Shown piece after piece: positions 24,910 to 37,728 of a DNA stretch of 64,000 nt; the first letter of the stretch is position 1; the number at the start of each line of letters is the position of its first letter. Under the pieces are notes generated by a model, which was given only the letters and a program-made list of their open reading frames with translations, searched no databases and was not told the DNA's origin. Location of the stretch: positions 60,884,001 through 60,948,000 of the forward strand of contig NC_043005.1 of assembly GCF_006345805.1 (NCBI RefSeq). The letters run 5' to 3'. The DNA comes from Octopus sinensis. Its lineage: Eukaryota. Position numbers and translations under genes: made by a program.

Positions 24910-25360
24910 CAGGGTTACAGTTATCACGTAGGCACTTTAAATTTCTTTTAAAACGTTTTATTACATTTAAATTTCTATCTTACAATCATATTGTTTCTAC
25001 GCATCTTAATCAGATGCTCAAAAAGTCTTCCTTTTATATTGCACCATTCTTCAAACCTCTTCAGAACACTCTGACACACAGTGCGGCACAAATTCCTATC
25101 TCCATCAATTTCAGTGAATGTGTCAGATATGTAATCTTTTAATTCATTTACTGTTTTGGGATCCTTCTCATAAATCTTGTTCTTTAGAACATACCCTAAA
25201 AAGAAATCCATTGGTGTCAGGTCAGGTGAACGTGGTGGCCATTCGATGCTGCCCCGTCTTCCAAACCAACGCTGTGGAAAGGCTTGGTTAAGGTAGTCTC
25301 TTACTGTCAACGCATAACGTGGAGGCGCTCCATCTTGCTGAATAATGAGTTCATATTTCT
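24910..25360 (-). mobile_element. Tc1/mariner-superfamily DD41D (rosa-like) transposon, 3' fragment with transposase C-terminus
   Basis: QQDGAPPRYALTVRDYLNQAFPQRWFGRRGSIEWPPRSPDLTPMDFF: 41 residues lie between the second catalytic Asp (QQD) and the third (PMD). A putative terminus TA|CAGGGTT lies at 24908-24916. Confidence 0.88.
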
Positions 25361-25440
25361 TTTATAATTAAGATCTAATCTCTTAACATATGAATACGAA
25401 AGAGATGGTAGAATGATTGTAAACCAACTTTTGGGCCACC

Positions 25441-25479
<39 letters not shown>

Positions 25480-25509
25480 CAAAAGTAAATTTCCAAAAAT
25501 GGTTAATAG

Positions 25510-25805
25510 AGATATATAATCCTAGCGGGTACCGTGCTTGCTCTTATCGGTTAACAATGCTAGTTAAACTCAGTGAATGTAGATAAACACCAGCTAGATA
25601 AATTTACTAAGATCGGTTAATCCTCACTTTAGGTAATTTCAAATGTCCTTATAAAGACTGCATATTGTCGGTAGAGAAAAATAATAAATTAATAAATACG
25701 AGAATAGAGATTAACACATCCAAGTTTTAGCGTACAGTTAATCGTGATTAACTGTAAAATAAACTTGGATATGTAAATCTCTGTTCTTCTCATCTTTATT
25801 AATAT
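25510..25805. repeat. Dispersed repeat family D, copy 1, with a terminal long hairpin
   Basis: atataatcctagcgggtacc.tgcttgctcttatcgg.taacaatgctag.. is shared with 39200-39548. The hairpin is centred on cagttaatc-gt-gattaactg at ~25735-25754. Confidence 0.75.
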
Positions 25806-27419
25806 ATATACATACATTCATGCATACATACATGTGTACATATATATAATATATGTGTGTACGTGAGATATGAACGTGTCTAGGTGTGTATAAGTGCGTT
25901 GGTTTTTCATGAGTTTTGGCGATTACATTCTAAATCTATTATTCTTGTTTTGGAAATATTGTCCAGCAAATTACTAGACCAACTCAGACTCTACTGAGTG
26001 AAGCAACTGTGAGTGAAATGCATTTTTGCCGATTTCTTTCACTCAAGGCCCGAAAGTTCCGTTCATTTGTACTTATCAAGCCTAAGTGCCTCTTAGCCAT
26101 TGAGTCAGTACCTCTTGGCCCTTGTGTTACTTTGTAGTTCCTGACGATTGTTAATACTATACACGCTTATATATAAGTATGGATGGATGAAAGACATGGC
26201 TTTGTGGTTAAGCAGCACGTTTTATTATCGTATCGTTTCATGTTCATCCCAGTACGCAGTATCATACACACTCACACACGCACGCACTTACACACACATA
26301 CACACATATACATATGTATGCATGTGCGTGTGAATTCTTAACCCCCAACTATTTGATGACCGCTATTGGGTCCTCGTAACTAGCGGTTCGGGAAAAGACT
26401 GATAAAATTAATACCAGGCCGTAAAAAATATATACAAGAATCAAATCGTTAAACTGAACCGTACAAGGCATTGCTCCAGCATGGACGTAATCTATGACTG
26501 AATTTAGTAAAATATAAAAGATAAAGACAAAAGACGATGTATTTTTGAGTGCGTGTGGTTTGTGTATGTGTGTGTGCGTGTGGATAGATACCTATCCATA
26601 TATGGACATATATGTATATATACATACATAAATTTGTATATGCATGCCTATACACATAAAACATGTATAGATACACTCATATCATATTGCATAGGTCGAT
26701 GGACACACATATAAACACATAGACATTTAAATACACTTATACAAACATGGAAGCATATGCATCGCCCACACAAGTTTATATTCCCATATGTTTCAAAAGT
26801 TGTGTTTACATATACGAACATGCATCAATACATGCATATATACAGAATATACAAATGTTTCCACTTCATAAATTCAGTATTATGTGGATTCTTTAATTTG
26901 AAACTTCATGTTAATCAACAATATGGTTTAGGGAAAATACCTGAGGGGAAACAGCCAGCTTAATAAATAAAAAATGCGATAAATCATACACATATATTAT
27001 ATAGGGAATTGAATAACTTCGATTAGCTAAGTTTATTCAACCAATTATTTGACAAAATCTCTCTTCGAGGCTGTATAAAGTCCAAAATCAATATGCGGGA
27101 AAACGGACTCCCGCAAGAAATATTGGTGGGATTTTTTTGGGATGATATAGAATCATCGATACATTTGCTATTTAAAATCTAGCAGAGAAAGAAATGGAAA
27201 GGGAAATGGTCCGTTGTTTAAAGTTGAGCATATAACTACATCCATGCAGAAGCTATGCCTCAACATTTTGTTTTGTTTTGTTTTTAAAAACGCCATTTTA
27301 CTGATGTTTATGCAAAGGAAAGATTGCCATCTTGGCACTTAGGCACCAGTAGCGTCGCAGATGTTGCTGACAAATGCTAAAGCCAGAGTAAATACCATAA
27401 GGCACTTTGCTCGAGACTC

Positions 27420-27565
27420 GAACAGTTCTTTCCTGGAATGGTTTATTTTACCGATCTCAAGGCACAGTTGACCCTGATGAGCTTTGAATTCAGATTGTAA
27501 AGTATTGGAAACAAATACAGTGAGGCATTGTATAGAAGTCTCTAACAACTCTGCTAATTTGCCAT
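27420..27565 (-). mobile_element. Highly diverged SINE family A remnant
   Basis: aaggcacagttgaccctgatgagctttgaattcaga..aaatacagtgaggcatt..taacaactctgctaatttgccatc aligns to the reverse family A consensus. Confidence 0.6.
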
Positions 27566-28159
27566 CAAAAGCAGCTGTCCAAATCTGATAATAGAGGAAT
27601 TATTTACCTTAGTCATAGTTTCTATAACATAAACAACATTTACAAATGAAATTATGTTTAGTAATTTCTCAGATAACCTCAGCTCATCGACGTTTTGTTT
27701 AATTCTCTACATTACATATTTAAGAGACTACAGTATATGTGTTTAGAATGTAGAATGTTTCCTTTTTATAATTTTCTTGTAGCCACATTGTTTAGATGTA
27801 TAATCAGCTAATATCTTAGCATTTTACTCTACATGTAATGGTCACCCTTAGTTTCGCCAACTGAAAAGAATATGTTCAGTTGAGGAGGATTAATTCCAAA
27901 ATCTAACATTTCCTCTAATCAGTTACCTTGACAAATCAGTTGCACTCTAATCTTGAATGTCTACATTATGTAAAAAATTTCCATCAACTATTTTGTTTGA
28001 GAAACCTGTTGAATGTTAAACACAACAGGATGGCGTTTTTATTTGCTACTTGCTGAAAAAATCTCAGTTGGTCGAAAGTTCTCAGTTATTGCAATCATAT
28101 AACCAACAGTTCCCCCCTGCATAAAAATAACTACCGTTGCTACTGCTGCTACTACTACT

Positions 28160-28219
28160 ATATAGATAGATAGATACACCGACAGGCAGAGAGGCAGACA
28201 GATAGACAGACGAGGGATG

Positions 28220-28267
<48 letters not shown>

Positions 28268-28268
28268 T

Positions 28269-28317
<49 letters not shown>

Positions 28318-28341
28318 CAGACAGACGAGGGATGGATAGAG

Positions 28342-28417
<76 letters not shown>

Positions 28418-28420
28418 GTA
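28160..28420. repeat. (GATA)n array
   Basis: Direct inspection. Confidence 0.95.
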
Positions 28421-28644
28421 TAGGCATAGATATGACCTTATGCTTAGGAAGCCTGCTTTGCAACCATGGTGTTTTGGAGTCAATTTCACTGCGTAGCACC
28501 TTGAAATATTGTCGGTAGTGTCTTCTACTAAAGCTTCAGACCGACCATTAATGCTTCGTGAGTGAATATAGTTGACAGACACTGTGGGCCGGCCTTCATA
28601 TACGTGTGTGTGTGTGCACACGCGCGTGTTTAACACACACACAG

Positions 28645-28703
<59 letters not shown>

Positions 28704-28844
28704 TAAATATATATATATATATGTGATTGTGTGTGTGTGTGTGTGCGTGTCTGTGTGTGTATGTGTGTGTGTATCTGTGTGTGTGTATGTGTGTGTGTGT
28801 GTGTGTGCGTGTCTGTGTGTGTATGTGTGTGTGTATCTGTGTGT

Positions 28845-28881
<37 letters not shown>

Positions 28882-28911
28882 AGGTTGAAAAGGAACATAC
28901 GAGTTTACATG

Positions 28912-29347
28912 TATAAGGAAAATAAGACAAGGCAGAACATGCTAAAATAATTTTATCATGAATAACATATTAGTACCGGTTTCAGTCTTTGCAACGTATA
29001 CAATTTAAGAGTAAAGCATGAGAAACAATTAAATTGTGGAAAAGTTAAATGAAATATTTTCTTAAAATACTTCCATAGTTTTCAAATGGAAGGGACACTT
29101 TCCTTTTTTCTGTCTTCCAGTCTGTCACTTTTTTAGTCTTTTTTACACTTACACACAAGAGTTAAAAAGAGAGAGGAAGACAGACACTGTGGAAATATTT
29201 TTTAAAACATTTCATTTAATTTTTCCACAATTCAATTTTTTTTCCTGCTTTATTCTAAGTTGAAAAAGTCGCAGAGGCTGAAACCGGTACTAAAATGTTC
29301 TTAGTGATAGAATTATTTTAGCATGTTCTACCTTGTCTTATTTTCCT

Positions 29348-29351
<4 letters not shown>
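28912..29351. mobile_element. MITE-like fold-back element, ~165 bp arms
   Basis: Left tataaggaaaataagacaaggcagaacatgctaaaataatt..tagtaccggtttcag versus right ctgaaaccggtacta..aattattttagcatgttctaccttgtcttattttccttgta. TA at both ends. Confidence 0.85.
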
Positions 29352-29388
<37 letters not shown>

Positions 29389-29439
29389 GGTAAATGTTCT
29401 TAGAATAAATCTTTTCTAGTGGTCAGCATGCGTAATAAA

Positions 29440-30092
29440 AGTCAGAAAAAATAAATAGTTCTATATAATAGTGTATGATAGTTTCTACATTGAGAGGAGA
29501 CCACCGTGTGGATTCCTAACATGCTAGAAAGGGCAGTCAAAACCTAAACCACGAAAAGAAAGATTCTTTTTTAAGGCATGTTGCTTGTAAGCGAGCAGGA
29601 TATCTAAATAAATAAAAGTTTCAGTTAACCCTATACCCACGAGCTTCACCATTAATGACCAAATAAATCAATTCATTAATCGATCAATAGATTAATTAAC
29701 CAACCGTGGTTTGTCAGTAAAGTCACTGGCAAATGCATAATTATGAAACTATTATACGCACCGAAAAACACGATGTAAGACATATACGCATTTAGTTCCA
29801 TCTTCATACATCAAGAATTCAAATCAAATATCCTCAAGCACCGTGTCGAGTCAGCATAGTACAGCAGTGAATAAATTTAATTGTGCATAACCCGGCCGAA
29901 GAATCGGAATATTTAACTAATATATTTAATAATATTTAACATGGTAAAAAATTATTAAACATTATTAAAAAATAATTATGTTTACTAGTGGTGAGCAGGT
30001 GTAATGAATGTCAGAAGACATAAATAATTCTATATAATAGTGTATAAAAATTTATACATGGAGAGGAGACCACCATGTGGACTCTTAACATG

Positions 30093-30135
<43 letters not shown>

Positions 30136-30300
30136 GAGAGTGAGAGAGAGAGAAGAAAAAGGCAACTTAATGGTGAAGCTCGTGGGTATAGAGTTAACTG
30201 ACACTTCTTTTTAGCATGTTAGGAGTCCACATGCTGATCTCCTCTCTGTGTATAAATGATCATACATACACTATTATATAGAAATATTTATCTCTTGACT
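29440..30300. repeat. Composite inverted repeat, modules a+ b+ ... a+ (TA)n b- a-
   Basis: Module a (ctatataatagtgtat..gagaggagaccacc.tgtgga.tc.taacatgcta) at ~29442-29530 and ~30010-30085, inverted at ~30212-30300. Module b (cagttaaccctatacccacgagcttcaccattaa) at ~29622-29655, inverted at ~30166-30200. Confidence 0.75.
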
Positions 30301-33300
30301 GGAAGGAAGAAAGAGATGGAAATTTTCCTTAGTTAGGTATTGCTAACTATCTTCCATTTTATAGGAAAATATGTGAATGTTAAGAAAAGTATATAAAAAG
30401 ATTCAGCTAAAGTTTTGCGCTGTCACAATCCATGGGAACACCACAGATTGATTACACTAAAAAGTCTCTGGTCCAGTAGAACTGAAATATGGAATATTGC
30501 AATTAAATGGATCTGCCATACTTTAATACAACAAGAATATTGCGAAAACTCATTGAGTCTTCTTCAGGTTTATTGCAAACAATGTTCAACAAAATGTGTT
30601 CGCTGATAAGTGGTATTGTTTTAGCACGAAAAACAGGCAATGAAGCCAATAAATTGTAAGTTTGTCACGCGGCCACAAATGTGTAAAGGATGGATAAAGC
30701 TAGTTGAATAAGCATTGGCCCTACTTTATGGTTTACGGATAAACGAATATCAATGTTGTGATACGAAATGAGAACACAATGGGATTATAATCAGCAAATT
30801 CAGCAAACCATTTGATAAACCGCTACCATTAAAGTTAAGCCATTATTCAGCTATAAATATAATTATGTCGAATTTAGTGAAAGGTCCATACGTGGTGTAG
30901 GTACGGGAAATGATGGATAATGTCACCTCCACTTACATAAAATGTTCTTTCTTGTACCGGATTCTTAAAGGAGATAAGTTCAACATTTACCTCTCTTGAT
31001 TAAAAGAACCGAAACATCAGCAGTTCATCCTTCTTTAGAACACTGTCCAGTTATCTCTGTTACCAGCAACAGCAAAAACAAAAACAACCAAAGATGGATA
31101 AACAATGATAATCATTATTTTTTAACATAGACACAATTTTTACTTCAATAAAAACGGATGCAAGTGCAACCTGTTCGAGTCTGAATTGATGATGAGAATT
31201 TATATGCGTTTTATCCTACTCTAGAACCAAACCATCAGTTACTTCCCTACGAAAAAAGAAAAGAATAGAAAGAGAAAATAAAAGAGCAACAGCACAATAA
31301 CAACATAACGACTTAAACAACTACAACGCTCGAAAATAGATAACAAGGCGTGAAATGTATTTTCTTGACTAGAAGGAAGAAAAAGATGGAAGGTTTCCCT
31401 TGTTAGAATGAACCTAAGAACTTTAAGGTCGTTAAACCTGAAATCATAAAATTTGATTCTACGGATTTTCGCAATAATCTCTTTACAAAAACACTGGCCT
31501 ACAAATTATTATTGTTGAAATCACTTCTCCACCTTCCCCAGATTTTCACTGGAACGTTATCTGCAGATAACTTTTCACATTGATAAACGTTATATGGGGT
31601 ATGGTTGAGTGAATAAGATACTCGACTACGTGCTTCTGAGGTGAAATACGTCAGTTTGTGTGCCGTAAGGAATGAAGGAATCTGACATTTTGTTGTTATT
31701 ACTTGGAGCTTCGAAGTGTTAAATTGCTTCTTTGACCCTTCACCATACTAACTGCTATGAACTGAAGGACTTCACTACATAACATTTATATATTTCCTAC
31801 GTAAATCAGCGCCTTTATTTATTTTTTACTTGCTTCTACGCCAAGAGTTAGAAACCGACTGTAGAATAGTCTATGCAGTAGTTATAATAAATGACTGCAA
31901 TAGACATATCTTCCTGGAAAAGTTATTTTCGAGATATCAGAGGTCATTTCAAAGTTTTGGTGTAAATCCTGGAATAATTCTCGAATTCAAAACACATAAT
32001 TAAGCTGCAGATCCTTCAAATTTGGATGGCTATAAATCAAACTTATCAGTTGCAATTACTCGAATAACTGCTTGAAAATGGGGAAGAGATTCCACGTAAC
32101 TGTCCGTGCAATGAATCGCTTAAAATAAAAAAAATATGGCTGCTTTTGCAAGCAAATCAAGTAATCACGTAGAGGTTTCCTTTCTAGTTTCTTCATTGCT
32201 GTATTTTTACGTTTCGTAATTAAGTAATCTCAAGATCGTCCATTACATTTATCCCTCTTGAGAATTCATTAAATAGTTTATCACTAATATAGTTTACGCT
32301 AAATGTATTGGTTTTATCGCATCCATATAAATTTCTCAGTATACGTAGATTCATAGAGCTTTTTGCCTCGTCCCATGAACATAGCCAAAAATTTACTGGC
32401 GCCTGAAGTTGTTTAAATTTATGCAATAGCAGCAGCGTTAGTTGTAATGTAGTAAAAGCAGTAGCAGTAGTCATAATAGCAGCTGCACGAGTAGAAGTTG
32501 TTTTTGTTGCTGTTGTTGGCACCGTCTTCTTCGTCATCAAACTCATTGGTATTTAGTCGTAAATCAGTTCTTATCGACCAGACAGATTTATAATCAAAGA
32601 TGTTACAGCCTCAATCATTTTCGTTTGATTGTATATGGCCAGGATTAATAGTGTCCAATATATCTTCCATCTTTTTTGCTTCAAGAAGGCAACACATGAT
32701 TTGACAGCGTTTTGTTGGAGGTTTCTAGCGAATTTATTTATGCCGTACAAGAGACATACAGTGATTCGTTAGTGTTTAACTTTATGGAAATGGGTTGCTT
32801 AATAACAATCATATAGGTGGACTATAAAACACAAAAGTAAGAACAGAAAATATGAAGAAACAAATATTAACTTATAATAATTGAATGGGTATCTCATTCA
32901 GCTTAAATTTGCAACATATACAATAACAGACTAAAATTATTCGATTTTCCATTCATACACACACACACACGCACGCACATATCTTTTATATAATGAGGTA
33001 AAATAAAAAGAAATAAAACGAATCGAATACAACAAAAATAAAATATCAATATTGATTTTGGTTAACATCGAGTAGGAAACAAAAGCAAGAAGCTAGACAG
33101 AATTGGGGTGAGAAATGGTGTTTTGTAAAGAGTTGCAAGTCAAAGAAATAATGAAAGTGAAAGTAGGAGATTGTGCAGCAGCTGGTGGATTGGATGTATC
33201 CATTGAATAAGATATGTAGGTAAAGTAAACAATCAAGAAATAACTGCTAATGTAGAAATGTGTTATAATAGATCGTCGACGTTTTGCAATAATACAATTG

Positions 33301-33874
33301 GAATAGAAAATAAAATATATAGTGAGGTGAATATAGCACATACGTATGTACGTACGTTTGTATGTATGTATGTATGAATGTATGTGTGCATGTGTGTATT
33401 ATGTATGTGTGTGTGCATGTATGTATCTATGTGTGCATGTATGTATTATGTATGTGTGTGTGCATGTATGTATGTATGTATGTGTATTTATTTATTTATA
33501 AGCAAACGCACGCACAAACGTTTATACATAAATATGCGCATATGAATATGCATCTATGAGTACGTGCGTGTGTCTGTGTGTATGTGCGTGTGTCTCTGTG
33601 TATGTTTGTGTGTGTGTGCGTGTGTGTGTGTGTGCGTGCGTGTTTGAGTACGCAGTTCGACGAAACAATCCCACGGGAAGTAGATTGGAAATAAAGGAGC
33701 GCCGTCTTTTAATGATGTGATTGTTTACAATAAAATAAATGGCTGGATATACATATAAATATGCATATATCCATGTGTGTGTTTGTGTGTGTGTATGCGC
33801 ATATATGTGTGTGTATTTGTATGTGTATGTGTGTATATATAAATGCATGAGTATTATGTATGCATGTAAATAAA

Positions 33875-34430
33875 TTGATATGCAGAATGTCATGGGGCCC
33901 TTTGCGACAGCATGTGGCATACTGAGACCACCAACCGAAGAGAAATGTGCCATCTTGTACAAAGTGAAACATACTCTGAGTTATCAATTTTTCTGTATGG
34001 TCAGTCTTTAAAGGTTGTGAATAAATCATTCACTTATTTAGTCAGTACTGTGAATTGACAAATAATGTTGACGAAACTTTCCTCTGCATCGAGAAAGTCT
34101 GTGCTCCATTTCTAAGATCGAAGTGACGTTGATTGTGTGGAATGGAGTTCCAATTGAGACAAAGTTGAAGTTCTATAATACTTGTGTTTTGTCTTCGCTG
34201 GTATATACATTGTGAGAGTTCGGTTACTCACTGGAGGTATATAAAAAGCCTGGAGCGATTTTACTAACAGTGCCTCTGTCCTATACTGAGTATCCGATGG
34301 CAACTGTATTTAAGTGACTCTCAATTCCTTGAGCGCATTCATTTTAACAGTACAGAGCTTCTCCTATTTCGGAGCCGGTTACGATGGATGGAGTGGTTAT
34401 ATGGTGAGTGCGGAATACGATTGGATTCCA
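33875..34430 (+). mobile_element. RTE-clade LINE fragment (late RT domain and downstream region), decayed
   Basis: Frameshifted translation MQNVMGPFATAC.../GQSLKVVNKSFTYLVSTV.../VWNGVPIETKLKFYNTCVLSSLVY.../KKLERFY*QCLCPILSIRWQ...RSRLRWM matches RTE FTYLGS, TKL.VY..CVLS.LLY, LR.IL.I.WQ and RLRW. Confidence 0.85.
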
Positions 34431-34516
34431 CAATAATATCTGAGCTATAAGTTAACCCAATGTAAAAGACCAGTGCACAGATTGAAATTAGGGTGGTGAT
34501 GAAAGATAGTCAATAT

Positions 34517-34594
<78 letters not shown>

Positions 34595-34596
<2 letters not shown>

Positions 34597-36087
34597 TCAC
34601 GCGAGCTAGTAGTATAATGCAAGTTATAGATAATAACCTAGGAATGGTTTGAGTTATGGCGTTTGTGTGAAAGAATACCTTAATATATTTTTAGTTTAAA
34701 AATTGACAAAAACTGTGCCAGCAACATTTTTATTGATGAATGATTTGATGAACTTTTACAACGATTACATGCTGAAAATAATCCACTTTCATGAGGTTGA
34801 GTTTAAACATAAGAAGACAAAATTTCAAACGCCTCGCTTTGCTAAGCCATTAGCAATGCGAGTAAGTACGTCTGAAGGACCGTTAAAATTCAAAGGGCTT
34901 TTAGTGATACTCTTAGGGCAGAGATCAGAGACAATAAAATTTCATAGATCGCTATTATAATTCTTGATGTATTCTATGATGACTAGAAAAGGCATTATTT
35001 TATTGCTTTCTTTTCTGATCTTTTAATGCTTTCTCTATTGATCATTGGATACATAAATAATTATGATAGTGATCTATGAAATTTTATTGTCTCTGATCTC
35101 TGCCCTAAGTGTATCGCTGGCAGCCCTTTAAATTTTCCACGGTTCTTCATATGTACTTACTCGCATTGCTTTGCTAATGGCTTAGCAAAGCGGGTCGGTT
35201 TAAATTCTCTTTTATCTATGTTTACAATCACAAAATGATAGCTTAGATTTTTATGATGTAACCGTAGTAATTGAACTATTCATTAATAAATAAAGCGCTG
35301 CTGAAACAACTGTTTAGAATTTTTTAAATTCTTCTTGTGTTCTTTTATGTATAAATACATATATGATTACCCCCAGTATGCATACGCACACCACAATTTC
35401 GATAATATTAACGGTTAAGACTTAGACAGAATTTTTCTGTTATCTTCCTTACCTATCTACATAAGCGTAGTTGCTCCTTTTAATTTCAATTCCATAAGAA
35501 ATCCATTTGCTTTTAATCTTTATCTGAATATCGATTTTAACGATCCTATTATCAAATAGATGCCGCACTCACTTACAATTCTTTCCTTTTTCCTTAAGAT
35601 TCTTCTCCTCATTGTAGATATAAGCACATTCATATTTACTCACTTTCAAAAACGTCAGATTTCCAAGATAAATGTAGTCAATTTGTATCCACTTTTTAAA
35701 ATTAATTACAAACTCAGCGTCAAATTATAAAATCGTTCGTTTAGCTTGCTCTGATTGTCCCTATTATAAATAAATATTTCCATATATATATGGAAATGTG
35801 TGTATGTGTCTGTGCGTGTCTGTCTGTCTCTGTGTCTGTATGTGTGTTCGTGTGTGTGTGTTTGTATGTGTGTGTGATTGCATGTGTGTGTATTTGCATG
35901 TGAGTATGAGTGTGTATATACATATGTGTGTTTGATTGTATGTTTGTTTATATATATACACATATATATGTAAATCTACATGCATATATCCGCACGTACA
36001 CCTGCACCCATGCACATATATATACATAATGTATGTATGTATCTGTGCATGTATATACATATATACATATTGTATAAATGTATAAAT

Positions 36088-36129
<42 letters not shown>

Positions 36130-37630
36130 TATATATTCACGCGAGCTAGTAGTATAATGCAAGTTATAGATAATAACCTAGGAATGGTTTGAGTTATGGC
36201 GTTTGTGTGAAAGAATACCTTAATATATTTTTAGTTTAAAAATTGACAAAAATTGTGCCAGCAACATTTTTATTGATGAATGATTTGATGAACTTTTACA
36301 ACGATTACATGCTGAAAATAATCCACTTTCATGAGGTTGAGTTTAAACATAAGAAGACAAAATTTCAAACGCCTCGCTTTGCTAAGCCATTAGCAATGCG
36401 AGTAAGTACGTCTGAAGGACCGTTTAAAATTCAAAGGGCTTTTAGTGATACTCTTAGGGCAGAGATCAGAGACAATAAAATTTCATAGATCGCTATTATA
36501 ATTCTTGATGTATTCTATGATGACTAGAAAAGGCATTATTTTATTGCTTTCTTTTCTGATCTTTTAATGCTTTCTCTATTGATCATTGGATACATAAATA
36601 ATTATGATAGTGATCTATGAAATTTTATTGTCTCTGATCTCTGCCCTAAGTGTATCGCTGGCAGCCCTTTAAATTTTCCACGGTTCTTCATATGTACTTA
36701 CTCGCATTGCTTTGCTAATGGCTTAGCAAAGCGGGTCGGTTTAAATTCTCTTTTCTTATCTATGTTTACAATCACAAAATGATAGCTTAGATTTTTATGA
36801 TGTAACCGTAGTAATTGAACTATTCATTAATAAATAAAGCGCTGCTGAAACAACTGTTTAGAATTTTTTAAATTCTTCTTGTGTTCTTTTATGTATAAAT
36901 ACATATATGATTACCCCCAGTATGCATACGCACACCACAATTTCGATAATATTAACGGTTAAGACTTAGACAGAATTTTTCTGTTATCTTCCTTACCTAT
37001 CTACATAAGCGTAGTTGCTCCTTTTAATTTCAATTCCATAAGAAATCCATTTGCTTTTAATCTTTATCTGAATATCGATTTTAACGATCCTATTATCAAA
37101 TAGATGCCGCACTCGCTTACAATTCTTTCCTTTTTCCTTAAGATTCTTCTCCTCATTGTAGATATAAGCACATTTATATTTACTCACTTTCAAAAACGTC
37201 AGATTTCCAAGATAAATGTAGTCAATTTGTATCCACTTTTTAAAATTAATTACAAACTCAGCGTCAAATTATAAAATCGTTCGTTTAGCTTGCTCTGATT
37301 GTCCCTATTATAATAAATATTTCCATATATATATGGAAATGTGTGTATGTGTCTGTGCGTGTCTGTCTGTCTCTGTGTCTGTATGTGTGTTCGTGTGTGT
37401 GTGTTTGTATGTGTGTGTGATTGCATGTGTGTGTATTTGCATGTGAGTATGAGTGTGTATATACATATGTGTGTTTGATTGTATGTTTGTTTATATATAT
37501 ACACATATATATGTAAATCTACATGCATATATCCGCACGTACACCTGCACCCATGCACATATATATACATAATGTATGTATGTATCTGTGCATGTATATA
37601 CATATATACATATTGTATAAATGTATAAAT

Positions 37631-37640
<10 letters not shown>
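34595..37640. repeat. Direct tandem duplication, unit ~1.54 kb (34595-~36100 and 36135-~37640)
   Basis: attcacgcgagctagtagtataatgc.. occurs at 34595 and 36135. The offset is 1540 at the start and 1543 at the end; I counted about six small differences by eye. Units are bounded by (TA)n. Confidence 0.97.
34690..35335. repeat. Long imperfect palindrome (~280 bp arms, ~70 bp spacer); duplicated at ~36230-36880
   Basis: cttagggcagagatcagagacaataaaatttcatagatc is exactly inverted, and gctttgctaagccattagc is also inverted. Similarity decays outward. Confidence 0.9.
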
Positions 37641-37686
<46 letters not shown>

Positions 37687-37689
37687 TAC

Positions 37690-37728
<39 letters not shown>

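Noticed and set aside
27339-27590. Minus-strand ORF with plausible splice sites (IWTAAFDGKL..)
   Set aside because: Overlaps a diverged SINE A copy.
32220-32405. Minus-strand possible terminal exon APVNFWLCSWDEAK..
   Set aside because: Weak acceptor context, no recognisable homology, and the upstream part of the ORF is simple repeat.
33886-33999. 114-nt symmetric exon candidate with Cys-rich frames
   Set aside because: Both frames are pieces of the RTE LINE reverse transcriptase (FATAC, FTYL.ST).
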